Assembly (NCBI GenBank): GCA_002305115.1
Contig: DBQF01000001.1
Coordinates: forward strand, 224,916 to 288,915
DNA: 64,000 nucleotides
Direction of reading: 5' to 3'
From: a candidate division WWE3 bacterium UBA1401
GTDB taxonomy: Bacteria > Patescibacteriota > WWE3 > UBA101185 > UBA10185
Every line of letters starts with the position of its first letter. Position 1 is the stretch's first letter. Shown piece by piece: positions 35,723 to 44,866 of this stretch. A program made the position numbers and the translations under genes. The notes beneath the pieces are model-generated. The model was not told where the DNA came from, did no database searches, and was given only the letters and a program-made list of their open reading frames with translations.

Positions 35723-37439
35723 CAACTTAAGATTTACTATAAAGATTGGTGGTGAAGCAGGTCAGGGTATTAAGTCTGCAGGTGTTATGCTTGCTAAAGT
35801 TGCTACACGAAGCGGTTATCACACATATTCGTATACAGAGTATCCCTCACTGATTCGTGGAGGCCATAACGTTACGCAAATAGAAATTGCAGAAGAGCCA
35901 GTTACCGGGCCTTCTGATAATACAGATTTCTTAATTGCTCTAAACCAGGAAACTTTAGATTTGCACGCTAATGAGCTAACTTCTGGCAGTGGCGTTTTAA
36001 TGGATACAGATAAGAAATTAACTTTACCGAAAAATTGTCCGTTTGAAGTAGTAAGCTTTCCGGTTCCCCTAAAAGAATTGGCCGGAAAAGATCTGCTTGT
36101 TAATACTGTAGCCTTAGGCGCAACGTTAGCTTTGTTAAAAGGTGATTTGGAAATCTTGAAAGATTTGCTGCAGGAAGCATTTGGCGCCAAAGGTGAAGAG
36201 GTTATTGCTATGAACGTAAAGGCCGCAGAGGCTGGTTATAACTATGTTGTAGACACTTACGCTAAAGGTAAGAATGTTATATACAAGAATTATCTGGAGA
36301 AAAAAGAAATAACTTCCGACCAAATTGTTATCAATGGGAATGAAGCCGTTGCGTTGGGAGCTATTGCGGCGGGGTTACAATTTGCTGCTATTTATCCCAT
36401 GTCTCCCATTTCCAATATTTTGCACGTACTGGCAGCTCACCAGGAAGAATATGGCTATGTTTATAAACAACCAGAAGACGAAATTTCTGCTATCAACATG
36501 GCTATTGGCGCCTCATTTGCCGGTGCCAGAAGTATGACTACTACTTCCGGTGGCGGTTTTTGTTTAATGACCGAAGGTTTAGGATTAGCTGGAATGACGG
36601 AAACGCCTTTAGTTATTGTAGATGGTATGCGTGGCGCTCCTGCTACGGGTTTGCCTACCTGGAGCGAGCAAAGTGACATGCAAATGGTTTTGCGCGCGCA
36701 TCAAGGTGATTTTCCTAGAATAGTTCTTGCTGCGGGTGACCCCGAAGAAGCGTTTTATTTAACTATGCAGGCATTTAATTTGGCCGATAAGTACCAAACA
36801 CCTGTTGTTTTGCTAATAGACAAAAATATCTGTGAAAATGACCAAAGTTTTAGTTTATTTGATACATCGGGTTACAAAGTAGATAGAGGTAAATTCACCA
36901 TGACAAGAGTGGAAGATTTCAAGCGCTTTGCGTTGGCAAAAGATGGTATTTCGGAAAGAAGTGTGCCGGGAAGTGGGAACTTTTTTATAGCGAATTCAGA
37001 TGAACACGATGAGTTTGGTTATTCCAATGAAGAAATTGCTAACAGAAATGAACAGATGCAGAAACGCATGGCGAAACTTGAGACCTGTGCTACAGAAGAC
37101 ATGGCTGCCCCCGTTTTGTATGGCCCGGAAGATGCTGAGGTCACTCTAGTTTCGTGGGGAAGTAACAAGGGCAGTATTTTGCAGGCGATGAAAGGTTTTA
37201 AAGAAAGAAAAGTTAATTTCATGCATATTACTTGGATAAATCCCTTCCCGGCAGAGGCTGTAGCGGCAGTTTTAACTAAAGCAAAGCATGTTGTAAATAT
37301 AGAATGTAATTACAGTGCGCATATGGGAAGTTTGATTCGGGAAAAAACCGGTATTGAGATTAAAGATAATTTACTAAAGTATGATGGAAGGCCGTTTTTT
37401 GTGGAAGCAATAGAGGCTAAGTTAAGGGAGGTATTATAG
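35709..37439 (+). CDS. 2-oxoacid:ferredoxin oxidoreductase, fused gamma/alpha subunit
   Basis: ATG at 35709 overlaps the upstream stop. Gamma motif 'IGGEAGQGIKSAG', then an alpha-subunit pyrimidine-binding region. Confidence 0.85.
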   Translation: MKSYNNLRFTIKIGGEAGQGIKSAGVMLAKVATRSGYHTYSYTEYPSLIRGGHNVTQIEIAEEPVTGPSDNTDFLIALNQETLDLHANELTSGSGVLMDTDKKLTLPKNCPFEVVSFPVPLKELAGKDLLVNTVALGATLALLKGDLEILKDLLQEAFGAKGEEVIAMNVKAAEAGYNYVVDTYAKGKNVIYKNYLEKKEITSDQIVINGNEAVALGAIAAGLQFAAIYPMSPISNILHVLAAHQEEYGYVYKQPEDEISAINMAIGASFAGARSMTTTSGGGFCLMTEGLGLAGMTETPLVIVDGMRGAPATGLPTWSEQSDMQMVLRAHQGDFPRIVLAAGDPEEAFYLTMQAFNLADKYQTPVVLLIDKNICENDQSFSLFDTSGYKVDRGKFTMTRVEDFKRFALAKDGISERSVPGSGNFFIANSDEHDEFGYSNEEIANRNEQMQKRMAKLETCATEDMAAPVLYGPEDAEVTLVSWGSNKGSILQAMKGFKERKVNFMHITWINPFPAEAVAAVLTKAKHVVNIECNYSAHMGSLIREKTGIEIKDNLLKYDGRPFFVEAIEAKLREVL

Positions 37440-37441
37440 AC

Positions 37442-38323
37442 ATGACTGATCAAATCGCTTCAATTACACCTGTAGCTACAGATTTAAACACACCGTGTTC
37501 CCCTACTTGGTGCCCCGGATGTGGTAATTTTGCGATTCTTAGTGCATTCAAAAAGGCTGCAACGCAAGAGGGGTGGAATAACACTAACACTTCAATGGTG
37601 GCTGGGATTGGGTGCCATGGGCACATAGTCAATTATGTAAAGCTAACTTCGGTAGAAGGTCTGCATGGCAGAGCCATTCCGGTGGGCACTGGCATTAAAA
37701 TGGCCAATCATGAGCTTAATGTGTTTGTGTTTACGGGTGATGGTGACTGTATGGGCGAAGGTGGTAATCATTTTATTCATGCCTGCCGCAGGAATCATGA
37801 TATTACAATAGTTCTGCATAACAATAATATTTACGGGTTAACTACTGGGCAGACGTCTCCCACTTCGCCGCATAACTTTAAGACCAAGTCGACGCCGGAT
37901 GGCAACCCGGATTACCCGTTGTTGCCAGTACCGTTAGCGATAGCTAGTGGGGCTACATTTGTTGCCAGGGAGTATGCAGGAAATGTGAAGGAGCTTACGG
38001 AGCTCTTGATTAGGGCGAATTCGCATAAGGGCATTTCGATTTTAGAAGTGGTGCTGCCGTGTGTTTCGTTTAATAAAGAGTTTGGGGCAGAATTTTTTAA
38101 GGAGAATACGTATCGTTTGCCTGAAGATTATGACGTTACAGATAAGGTTGCCGCGTTTGCGAAGGCGTTGGAATGGGGGTCTCATCAGGTGCCGCTGGGA
38201 GTGTTTTATGAAGAAGCTAAGCCTTCGTATGAGTCTGAAATTCCCCAATTACAGCACAATATTTTGTTGGAAAATACCTATATGGATCGAGATGTGACGG
38301 GGTTGTTAAGGAAGCAAGGATAG
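37442..38323 (+). CDS. 2-oxoacid:ferredoxin oxidoreductase beta subunit (TPP-binding)
   Basis: 'TWCPGCGNF', 'GIGCHG' and 'TGDGDCMGEGGNH'. Confidence 0.85.
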   Translation: MTDQIASITPVATDLNTPCSPTWCPGCGNFAILSAFKKAATQEGWNNTNTSMVAGIGCHGHIVNYVKLTSVEGLHGRAIPVGTGIKMANHELNVFVFTGDGDCMGEGGNHFIHACRRNHDITIVLHNNNIYGLTTGQTSPTSPHNFKTKSTPDGNPDYPLLPVPLAIASGATFVAREYAGNVKELTELLIRANSHKGISILEVVLPCVSFNKEFGAEFFKENTYRLPEDYDVTDKVAAFAKALEWGSHQVPLGVFYEEAKPSYESEIPQLQHNILLENTYMDRDVTGLLRKQG

Positions 38324-38332
38324 GTTTTGTTA

Positions 38333-38483
38333 GAGGACGAGCCTGGAGAGTATTTCCACAGAGGTTATGAGTAGAGAAAATGTGAGGTTCAAACTGGGGC
38401 TCGTCCCCAAAAATCAACCCGGGAAGTGCCCCTATTAACCCTTACAACAATGAAAGATACGTTTGGCATACCGGGACGAGCCC
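38333..38483 (+). promoter_or_regulatory. candidate leader with mutually exclusive pairings (three GGACGAGCC-type segments)
   Basis: GAGGACGAGCC (38333-38343), its complement GGGGCTCGTCCCC (38396-38408) and GGGACGAGCCC (38473-38483). The middle segment can pair with either flank. Lies upstream of 38538. Confidence 0.3.
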
Positions 38484-38537
38484 GCTTAATCCTGCAAGTT
38501 TGTGCCAAATACAATTGATTAGTGTTAGACTCTAGTC

Positions 38538-39509
38538 ATGCATCCTAACCAGAATCGAATAGACTACAAAGGTTATATTGTGCCAGTTCTTAAGGAAGTG
38601 TCAGATGCATATGGTTTTGGTAGTTACAAAGAGCATAAGGTTATTGAAACAGGGTACGAAGACTTCAACGTAATACTGACAACCAATCTTGGCAGATTTT
38701 TCCTTAAGTTTTTTGCCAAGTTTAGAGATGAGATTGAGTGTCAGCGGTATGTTGATATTATGGTAGCTGCCATATTGCAAGGTGTCAGCCACCCTAAGCA
38801 GTATGGCTCTCCCATGGGTTATATGTTTACCAAAGAAACTGAAGAAGGCATTGTAAGACTTGTCGCCCTTGAATACATAGAAGGTAAAACATTTTATGAT
38901 ATGAAAAGGAAACCTGACGATAGCGAAAGTGCTCTTGTAGTACAACAGGCTGCTCTGATAAATAAGATGCCCATAAAGCCCCAGTATTTCTATGATGATT
39001 GGGCAGTTGTAAATTTACTAGTAGAGTTCGAAAAACTTAAGAATCACCTGTCCAAAGAGGATATTGCCTTAATTGAGCCTGTTGTAGCTAAGTTCTCTGA
39101 TATTGATATTCCTAGCTTACCCAACTGTTTTGTGCACGGTGACATAATTGATACCAATGTTTTGCTTGCAGATGATGGAAAAGTTTATGTTTTAGATTTT
39201 TCAGTTGCAAATTGCTACCCTCGGGTGCAGGAACTGGCTGTTATGCTCTGTGACATATTATTTAATGCTAATGCCTCCACATTCCAGAGGAAAATGGATC
39301 AAGCTTTAGTGGTTTATCAGGAAATTGTTTCCTTGGAAGCGCGTGAGCTTGAAGTATTGCCGATATTTGTGCAAGCAGCTCACGCTATGCATATTATCGG
39401 GGCCTCGAAGTTTGCTAGTACTGGTGGTGCGTCTGCGGAGAATGATCATTGGTTGGAAGTAGGTAGAGCTGGCCTTAAAGCTTCTATCGAATTTTGGGGA
39501 GATATTTAA
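38538..39509 (+). CDS. phosphotransferase (APH/choline-kinase family)
   Basis: 'CFVHGDIIDTNVLLADDGKVYVLDFS' Brenner/APH catalytic motif. Confidence 0.7.
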   Translation: MHPNQNRIDYKGYIVPVLKEVSDAYGFGSYKEHKVIETGYEDFNVILTTNLGRFFLKFFAKFRDEIECQRYVDIMVAAILQGVSHPKQYGSPMGYMFTKETEEGIVRLVALEYIEGKTFYDMKRKPDDSESALVVQQAALINKMPIKPQYFYDDWAVVNLLVEFEKLKNHLSKEDIALIEPVVAKFSDIDIPSLPNCFVHGDIIDTNVLLADDGKVYVLDFSVANCYPRVQELAVMLCDILFNANASTFQRKMDQALVVYQEIVSLEARELEVLPIFVQAAHAMHIIGASKFASTGGASAENDHWLEVGRAGLKASIEFWGDI

Positions 39510-39550
39510 ACTTTCTTGAGCCAACCCCCTATAACTGCTAAACTTTTTGT

Positions 39551-39802
39551 ATGAATCAAGATCAAACATACCAAATAGGCAAATACAAAGTTACCGTTTT
39601 ACGTGATATGTGCATAGGTGCAGCCACATGCACTGCAGTTTCACCTTCCACTTTCCAGCTGGATGCCGAAAACAAAGCAGTAATTCAGGAAGCTAGCACC
39701 GATACCCCGGAAAATATAGTAATGGCAGCGCAGTCTTGCCCAACTAGAGCCATTGTTGTGGTAGATACCGAAACTGGTGAGCAAGTCTGGCCGGTGGAAT
39801 AA
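39551..39802 (+). CDS. small ferredoxin
   Basis: 'CIGAATCTAV...AAQSCPTRAI' single-cluster ferredoxin pattern. Confidence 0.75.
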   Translation: MNQDQTYQIGKYKVTVLRDMCIGAATCTAVSPSTFQLDAENKAVIQEASTDTPENIVMAAQSCPTRAIVVVDTETGEQVWPVE

Positions 39803-39805
39803 CTC

Positions 39806-40756
39806 ATGTCAGCTTCTGCCCGAAAAGGCGTTTATTTCGCCATAATCCCTGCTTTAATATCCGGAATTTCTATATTTGTTAACAAATTTGCTGTTGGTGC
39901 TATTACACCGCCTCTGCTTTTTACTACTGCAAAAAATGTAGGAGTTGCTTTGGTTTTGTTAGTGTTGCTGTTGGCCAGAAGTAACTGGTACAAAATAAGA
40001 GCTTTAAGCAAAAGTGATTTTCTAAAGCTGTGCCTGATAGGTCTGGTTGGTGGCTCGGTGCCCTTTTATTTGTTTTTTACTGGGCTGGCCCAAATTCCTG
40101 CCATCAGTTCAGCAATTATTCATAAAACATTGGTGATTTGGGTTGCTCTTTTGGCAGTACCTTTGCTTAAAGAAAAAGTTAATGTGATTCAGGGAATTGG
40201 TGTGTTGTTACTTTTTGCCAGTAACTTTGTAGTTGGTGGGTTTAAGGGGTTTGAGTTTTCGGTTGGGGAGGTTCTTACGCTTGCCGCAACGCTGTTATGG
40301 GCAGGGGAGACTATATTGGTTAAAAAATTGTTACCAAAAATCGATTCAGATCTAGTCGCGTTATTCCGAATGGGTGTTGGTGCTTTGGTCTTAATGATGG
40401 TCTCGGCACTGACTGTGCCCTCGGCTGCAGTACAGCTGACCGTTACGCAAACAATGTGGCTTGGAGTTACTATGGTTTGTTTAGCCGGGTATGTTTTGAG
40501 TTGGTATAAGGCCTTAAAGTACGCGCCCGCTGTTGTGGTGACTTCGGTTTTGGTGCTTTCCACGTTGGTCACGAATGTTTTGTCTGCTGTCTTTATCACG
40601 CATAGTTGGAGTTTTTCCGGCACGTTGCATGGTGGATTAATAGTGTTAGGGTTAGTAGGTGTGTGCTCGGCAAGTGGGTTTCCGGTGCTCGCGGAGCTAC
40701 GCACGCTGCGCTCCGTAGAACCCCCATTGCCTCGCAATCCTGTAAGCAGTCAGTAG
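39806..40756 (+). CDS. DMT-superfamily (EamA) transporter
   Basis: Ten predicted TM helices in a duplicated EamA-like architecture. Confidence 0.75.
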   Translation: MSASARKGVYFAIIPALISGISIFVNKFAVGAITPPLLFTTAKNVGVALVLLVLLLARSNWYKIRALSKSDFLKLCLIGLVGGSVPFYLFFTGLAQIPAISSAIIHKTLVIWVALLAVPLLKEKVNVIQGIGVLLLFASNFVVGGFKGFEFSVGEVLTLAATLLWAGETILVKKLLPKIDSDLVALFRMGVGALVLMMVSALTVPSAAVQLTVTQTMWLGVTMVCLAGYVLSWYKALKYAPAVVVTSVLVLSTLVTNVLSAVFITHSWSFSGTLHGGLIVLGLVGVCSASGFPVLAELRTLRSVEPPLPRNPVSSQ

Positions 40757-40785
40757 CCTGCCCCCCGTAGCCTTGGCGAAGGCGG

Positions 40786-40819
40786 GTTAGTTGTCAGAAG
40801 TTAGAAGTTAGTAGTCAAC
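40786..40819. repeat. stop-codon-rich TTAG/TCAG repeat element (single arm)
   Basis: GTTAGTTGTCAGAAGTTAGAAGTTAGTAGTCAAC lies between convergent genes. Confidence 0.65.
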
Positions 40820-41559
40820 ACCCGCTCTGTCCAAAACCTCAACTTATGCGCTTCGTCTTGCGTTAACACTTTTACTACCACACCCCAATGCACCGCTACT
40901 ACTTTTTTTGGCGTAACTTCCTCTATCAGTCTCTTATCTACAGTCAATTCTTCAGGTATCACCGTCAGCTCATGTTTTCCTTCCGTGCTTTGCATCAGCG
41001 AATTCAAGTCGGTCTTAATAATATTATCCTGTACTTCTGTAACCTTGCCCCACCTGATCATACAATTATTAATCGACTCTATGTTGAATGTCACCGCGCC
41101 ACTGCTCCTGCCTACCCCCACATGCAGCACCTGAAACAGATGGTTTGGAATAAATGCTTTTGGTTGTTTATGTGCCAGTTCTTCCAACAAATTTTCGGGT
41201 ACCCCTTGGGCTTTAAAGTTTTCCAGCAACAAACTGTAATCTTCGAGCTTTGCTCTTTCCAATAAATCATTTCCCAACCAATAAGCCTCTATAACTTCAT
41301 AGTCAAACATAATTTTGTTTGAAATCTGTGCCAAAGTTTTTAAATAAGGATGCAAAACAATAAAGTGCGGTATTTCTGCAGTAACTTGTTCACAGTTGCC
41401 GGTTGCAATACACCCTAAAAACTTTGCTGGCGCACTATCTTTTCCACAGTAACCCAACGCATTTGGAGACAGCGAAAATCTACTTAATAGTTGAAGAGCC
41501 TTTGTGTTCATAACGGGTTTAATAATACCTACACTTGTGGGTAAAATACAGCTATGCAA
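40801..41559 (-). CDS. conserved hypothetical protein adjacent to hydrogenase genes
   Basis: ORF with a TTG start at 41559; alternative ATG at 41511. 'LSPNALGYCG' motif. Function unknown. Confidence 0.5.
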   Translation of the reverse strand: MHSCILPTSVGIIKPVMNTKALQLLSRFSLSPNALGYCGKDSAPAKFLGCIATGNCEQVTAEIPHFIVLHPYLKTLAQISNKIMFDYEVIEAYWLGNDLLERAKLEDYSLLLENFKAQGVPENLLEELAHKQPKAFIPNHLFQVLHVGVGRSSGAVTFNIESINNCMIRWGKVTEVQDNIIKTDLNSLMQSTEGKHELTVIPEELTVDKRLIEEVTPKKVVAVHWGVVVKVLTQDEAHKLRFWTERVLTTNF

Positions 41560-41955
41560 GTTTATGTTTTTGGCAATGAAGATGTTTCACATGACAATGC
41601 CGCTATCAAGGTCGCCAAGGTTCTTTCAGGAACAATTCCAAACGTAGCATTTGTTTTTGTTAAACCCAACGAAGACTTACCATTTGCCGGAAACCAAAAC
41701 GTTGTATTAATGGATACTGTTCTGGGAGTTGACGAAGTAAGGTTACTGGAAAATGCAGATCTAGACACGCTTATATTAAATTCCCGTACTTCTGTACATG
41801 ATTTTGATTTGGGTTTTCAATTAAGATACTTAAAAAAGCTTGGGCTGTTGGAAAAAGTTACGTTAATTGCGTTACCCATGCAGGGTGACGTTGACTATAC
41901 TCTTATCCAATCTATCTTAAGGAAATTAGTGGCACAAGACATACACGGGTCATAA
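41554..41955 (+). CDS. putative hydrogenase maturation endopeptidase (HycI/HoxW-like)
   Basis: 'VFGNEDVSHDNAAIKVA' resembles the GNxxxxDDxxG start of these proteases. Context: next to the NiFe large subunit. Confidence 0.55.
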   Translation: MQVYVFGNEDVSHDNAAIKVAKVLSGTIPNVAFVFVKPNEDLPFAGNQNVVLMDTVLGVDEVRLLENADLDTLILNSRTSVHDFDLGFQLRYLKKLGLLEKVTLIALPMQGDVDYTLIQSILRKLVAQDIHGS

Positions 41956-43196
41956 GCTCTGATAATTTTTTCTGCATTCAGCTTAAGTTCCTTTTCCGGT
42001 TTATCCAGATTTTCGTTGAAATAATGCTTTAGATCTCGTTCAATATTGATTTGGTTTTGGGAAGTTGGAACAATCACGTCGTAATCTTCAATTTTGCCTG
42101 AAGCATCAATTTTTGCCATGTGATATAAAACGCCGCGTGGTGCTTCCACTACGCCTACTCCTGTTCCTGCCCTAACTGGCGCTGTTACAGGTTTCTCCTC
42201 TGTAATTTTAATGGTTTTTAAGATATCAATAGCATCATCTACACACTGCAAAATTTCGATAGCTTGGGCAAGGTTGTTGTGATAAACATTATCCGAAGGA
42301 AATACGCCAAGATATTTTTTAGTGTCTTTAACGGTTCTTTTGTGCAGCAAGTCTTTATTAAAGTTAATACGAGCCAAAGCGCCTACTAAATAGTCTTCTT
42401 TGGTTTTCGAAATAAGATAGCCCTTAGACTCAGAATATGGGATTACTACAGTTTTCAAAAAGTTCATGAACTCTGCTTCGGGAATAGCAGGCCCGCCGGA
42501 AATAACGATGTTGCCTTCCAGGAAATCAAACTGCTTGTCATTTCTTAAGTAAATATAATCAGAATCTCTGACCAAGCTTTCCTGCCAGTCGTAAAAAGTT
42601 TGAATGCCCCGTAATACTTGCGGTCGAACTGCTTCTAACCGGTCTATTAGTTCCGGGAATTTCTGTGGATCCGGGTTTCTTAGCATGCCCCCGATAGTAG
42701 GCAGTGGTGCGTGAATGGCTGCCCCAATGGTAGCTTCCGACAAGTCTGTTCCCAGTTTTTTAATATCAAACGAATCATGCAGCAAAATATGCCCCAAATC
42801 ATCACCGTCATCTGGAATATCTAAAATAGAGTCCAGACCCAAAATATCCGGTAAGACGAAGAAGTATAAGTGCAAGGCGTGGTCTCTGATCATTAATGCA
42901 TTGTAAGCTAGCCTTCTAATCAGCTTAGTTTGCTCAGTGATAGTTATACCCTGTGCTTTTTCAATAGTTTCCAGTGACGCAAATAAGTGTGCTACCGAGC
43001 AAGTGCCACAAATTCTGGATAAAAAGGCAGGTACGGCAGTTATAGGTGTACCCTTAACTGTTTGGGAATAAAACCTGCGGTAGTCGTTAATGTAAAACTT
43101 TAGGTCTGTAACTTTGTTGTTTTCGATTACAACCTTAATGCCCGCACTACCTTCTATTTTTGAAATGCTTTCTATGGTTATATCACCTGAGTGCAC
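41895..43196 (-). CDS. [NiFe]-hydrogenase large subunit (group 3-like, 433 aa)
   Basis: N-terminal 'RICGTCSVAH' (RxCGxCxxxH). C-terminal 'DPCMSCATN' (DPCxxCxxH-type motif with Asn). Confidence 0.85.
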   Translation of the reverse strand: MHSGDITIESISKIEGSAGIKVVIENNKVTDLKFYINDYRRFYSQTVKGTPITAVPAFLSRICGTCSVAHLFASLETIEKAQGITITEQTKLIRRLAYNALMIRDHALHLYFFVLPDILGLDSILDIPDDGDDLGHILLHDSFDIKKLGTDLSEATIGAAIHAPLPTIGGMLRNPDPQKFPELIDRLEAVRPQVLRGIQTFYDWQESLVRDSDYIYLRNDKQFDFLEGNIVISGGPAIPEAEFMNFLKTVVIPYSESKGYLISKTKEDYLVGALARINFNKDLLHKRTVKDTKKYLGVFPSDNVYHNNLAQAIEILQCVDDAIDILKTIKITEEKPVTAPVRAGTGVGVVEAPRGVLYHMAKIDASGKIEDYDVIVPTSQNQINIERDLKHYFNENLDKPEKELKLNAEKIIRAYDPCMSCATNFLKIDWIRV

Positions 43197-43197
43197 A

Positions 43198-43725
43198 TTA
43201 ATTCTCCTTTTCTACTACACCAAACAGCTGTAGGTATTTAAACAATGTTTCCAGGAATTTTACTTTATTCATAGGGCAGCCATGAACCATGTCATCTACT
43301 TTAATTACATCTGCCAGTTTTTTAACTTTGTCATTGTAATTAAACTTTTTCATGTACCAGCCGATTTCTTCGGTAATGTCTTGGGCTACAAATTTATTTC
43401 TGCTTGCCGATGGCATGCCGGTACAGGCACATGCGCCAATGGCTACAACATACTTAGCGTTTTCTCTGATGGTACGGGCACGTTTGGCTTGGGATTCTGA
43501 GGAAATTGCCCCTTCGATAAAGGCCACATCAAGGTCTCTTAATTCATTTTTGGATTTTAAAGCTTTGAAGTATCTGAACTCTACAAGTTGTTTAAGGTCA
43601 TCGTGCATGTCGTTTAAAATTTCGGTAAGCAAGATAGTACTGTCTTCCGAACAGGTAAAAGAAAACCAGCCAACGATAAGTTTTTTAGGTGTGTTTGTGG
43701 TGTTTGTTTTTGTAGTCATGGGCAA
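43198..43725 (-). CDS. [NiFe]-hydrogenase small (delta/NuoB-like) subunit
   Basis: 'GWFSFTCSEDS', 'GACACTGMP' and 'HGCPM' cluster ligands. Confidence 0.8.
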   Translation of the reverse strand: MPMTTKTNTTNTPKKLIVGWFSFTCSEDSTILLTEILNDMHDDLKQLVEFRYFKALKSKNELRDLDVAFIEGAISSESQAKRARTIRENAKYVVAIGACACTGMPSASRNKFVAQDITEEIGWYMKKFNYNDKVKKLADVIKVDDMVHGCPMNKVKFLETLFKYLQLFGVVEKEN

Positions 43726-43756
43726 GTTTTATAACGCTGTTCTATAATAGCATAGC

Positions 43757-43957
43757 ATGTGTTTAGCAATTCCGGGGAAAGTTATTAATACAAAAGGTCA
43801 GAAGGTTACTGTGCAGTATCCGCAAGAGCGAAGGGAAGTTTTTGCCGGCGGTATGTCTGTTGTGGTGGGGGATTGGGTGTTGGTGCAGATGGGTATTGTG
43901 GTGAAGGTGTTGTCTGAGGAGGAGGCTTTGGAATCCCAAAAGGCTTGGGATTATTAG
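43757..43957 (+). CDS. hypC: hydrogenase assembly chaperone HypC/HupF
   Basis: Canonical 'MCLAIPGKVI' N-terminus, 66 aa. Confidence 0.85.
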   Translation: MCLAIPGKVINTKGQKVTVQYPQERREVFAGGMSVVVGDWVLVQMGIVVKVLSEEEALESQKAWDY

Positions 43958-44730
43958 TTTGAGAATTTAATGCTCTCAAGTACTTTGTTGAAGTAATCTT
44001 TGTTTTCTTGTCCTACACCATCAAAATAGATTATTTCATAGATGGTGTTACTGGTTTTAACTAGTATGTATGTTTGCCAAAATTGTCCATCATAAGGATC
44101 TTCTTTATATATACTCCAAAACCCCGTTTTGCCTTCCAGCATGTCCCCCTCTATACCATCTACTACGATTGTGCTAATCTTTTTATTTTCGTGGCTCCAC
44201 TTTGAAGCGCGCTCTCTTAAGGAATTATAATAATTTTCTTTTTCACTGAGGTTCTCAAATGGGCCGTATGGTTGAATGATAAATGTTTTGTAAGGGTAAG
44301 TTGCATGCTCCATGTGTATCTCTACTCTTGCTCCCATACTGTTGTCTCCCCCCATAAACACGTAATTTTCCGGATACATAAATGAGTAATTATGCTTTGT
44401 GCTTGTAAATGTTATCCAGTTAGTTGGCTTAATATTTTCCGGAATTACTTCATTGTCAGTTAATGTTTTCTCAGTAGATTCTTGTAGCTGCGGTACAGGC
44501 TGTACGTTTGACTTAGTTGCTGTTGTTAGTTCTGCTGCTTGCCTAAGCTGCTTTTGTTTGTACTGTTTATGTATCTCTAATCCAATTAGGCTTATTCCTA
44601 TTGCTATGAATGCGGTAATAGTAATTAGTATTAATCTTGTATGGTTATGGAAAAATGAGTTGAACTGCTGTTTGGGGTTAGCATTGGAGTTTAGGTTAGT
44701 TACAGTTTTATCAGAAGTTTGTTCATCCAT
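43954..44730 (-). CDS. membrane-anchored hypothetical protein
   Basis: ORF with one TM helix. Confidence 0.5.
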   Translation of the reverse strand: MDEQTSDKTVTNLNSNANPKQQFNSFFHNHTRLILITITAFIAIGISLIGLEIHKQYKQKQLRQAAELTTATKSNVQPVPQLQESTEKTLTDNEVIPENIKPTNWITFTSTKHNYSFMYPENYVFMGGDNSMGARVEIHMEHATYPYKTFIIQPYGPFENLSEKENYYNSLRERASKWSHENKKISTIVVDGIEGDMLEGKTGFWSIYKEDPYDGQFWQTYILVKTSNTIYEIIYFDGVGQENKDYFNKVLESIKFSN

Positions 44731-44866
44731 CTTTTGTTTCCGCTATAAGTGTAATGTTTAATCGGGTTGTTGTAAATATTCTTTCAAACCCCGCGCAGGG
44801 TCCGACCTTAACTATTACTCATAACAACAGACCTGGTTTTTGTAATCTATCCAGTTTAGAACTTGT

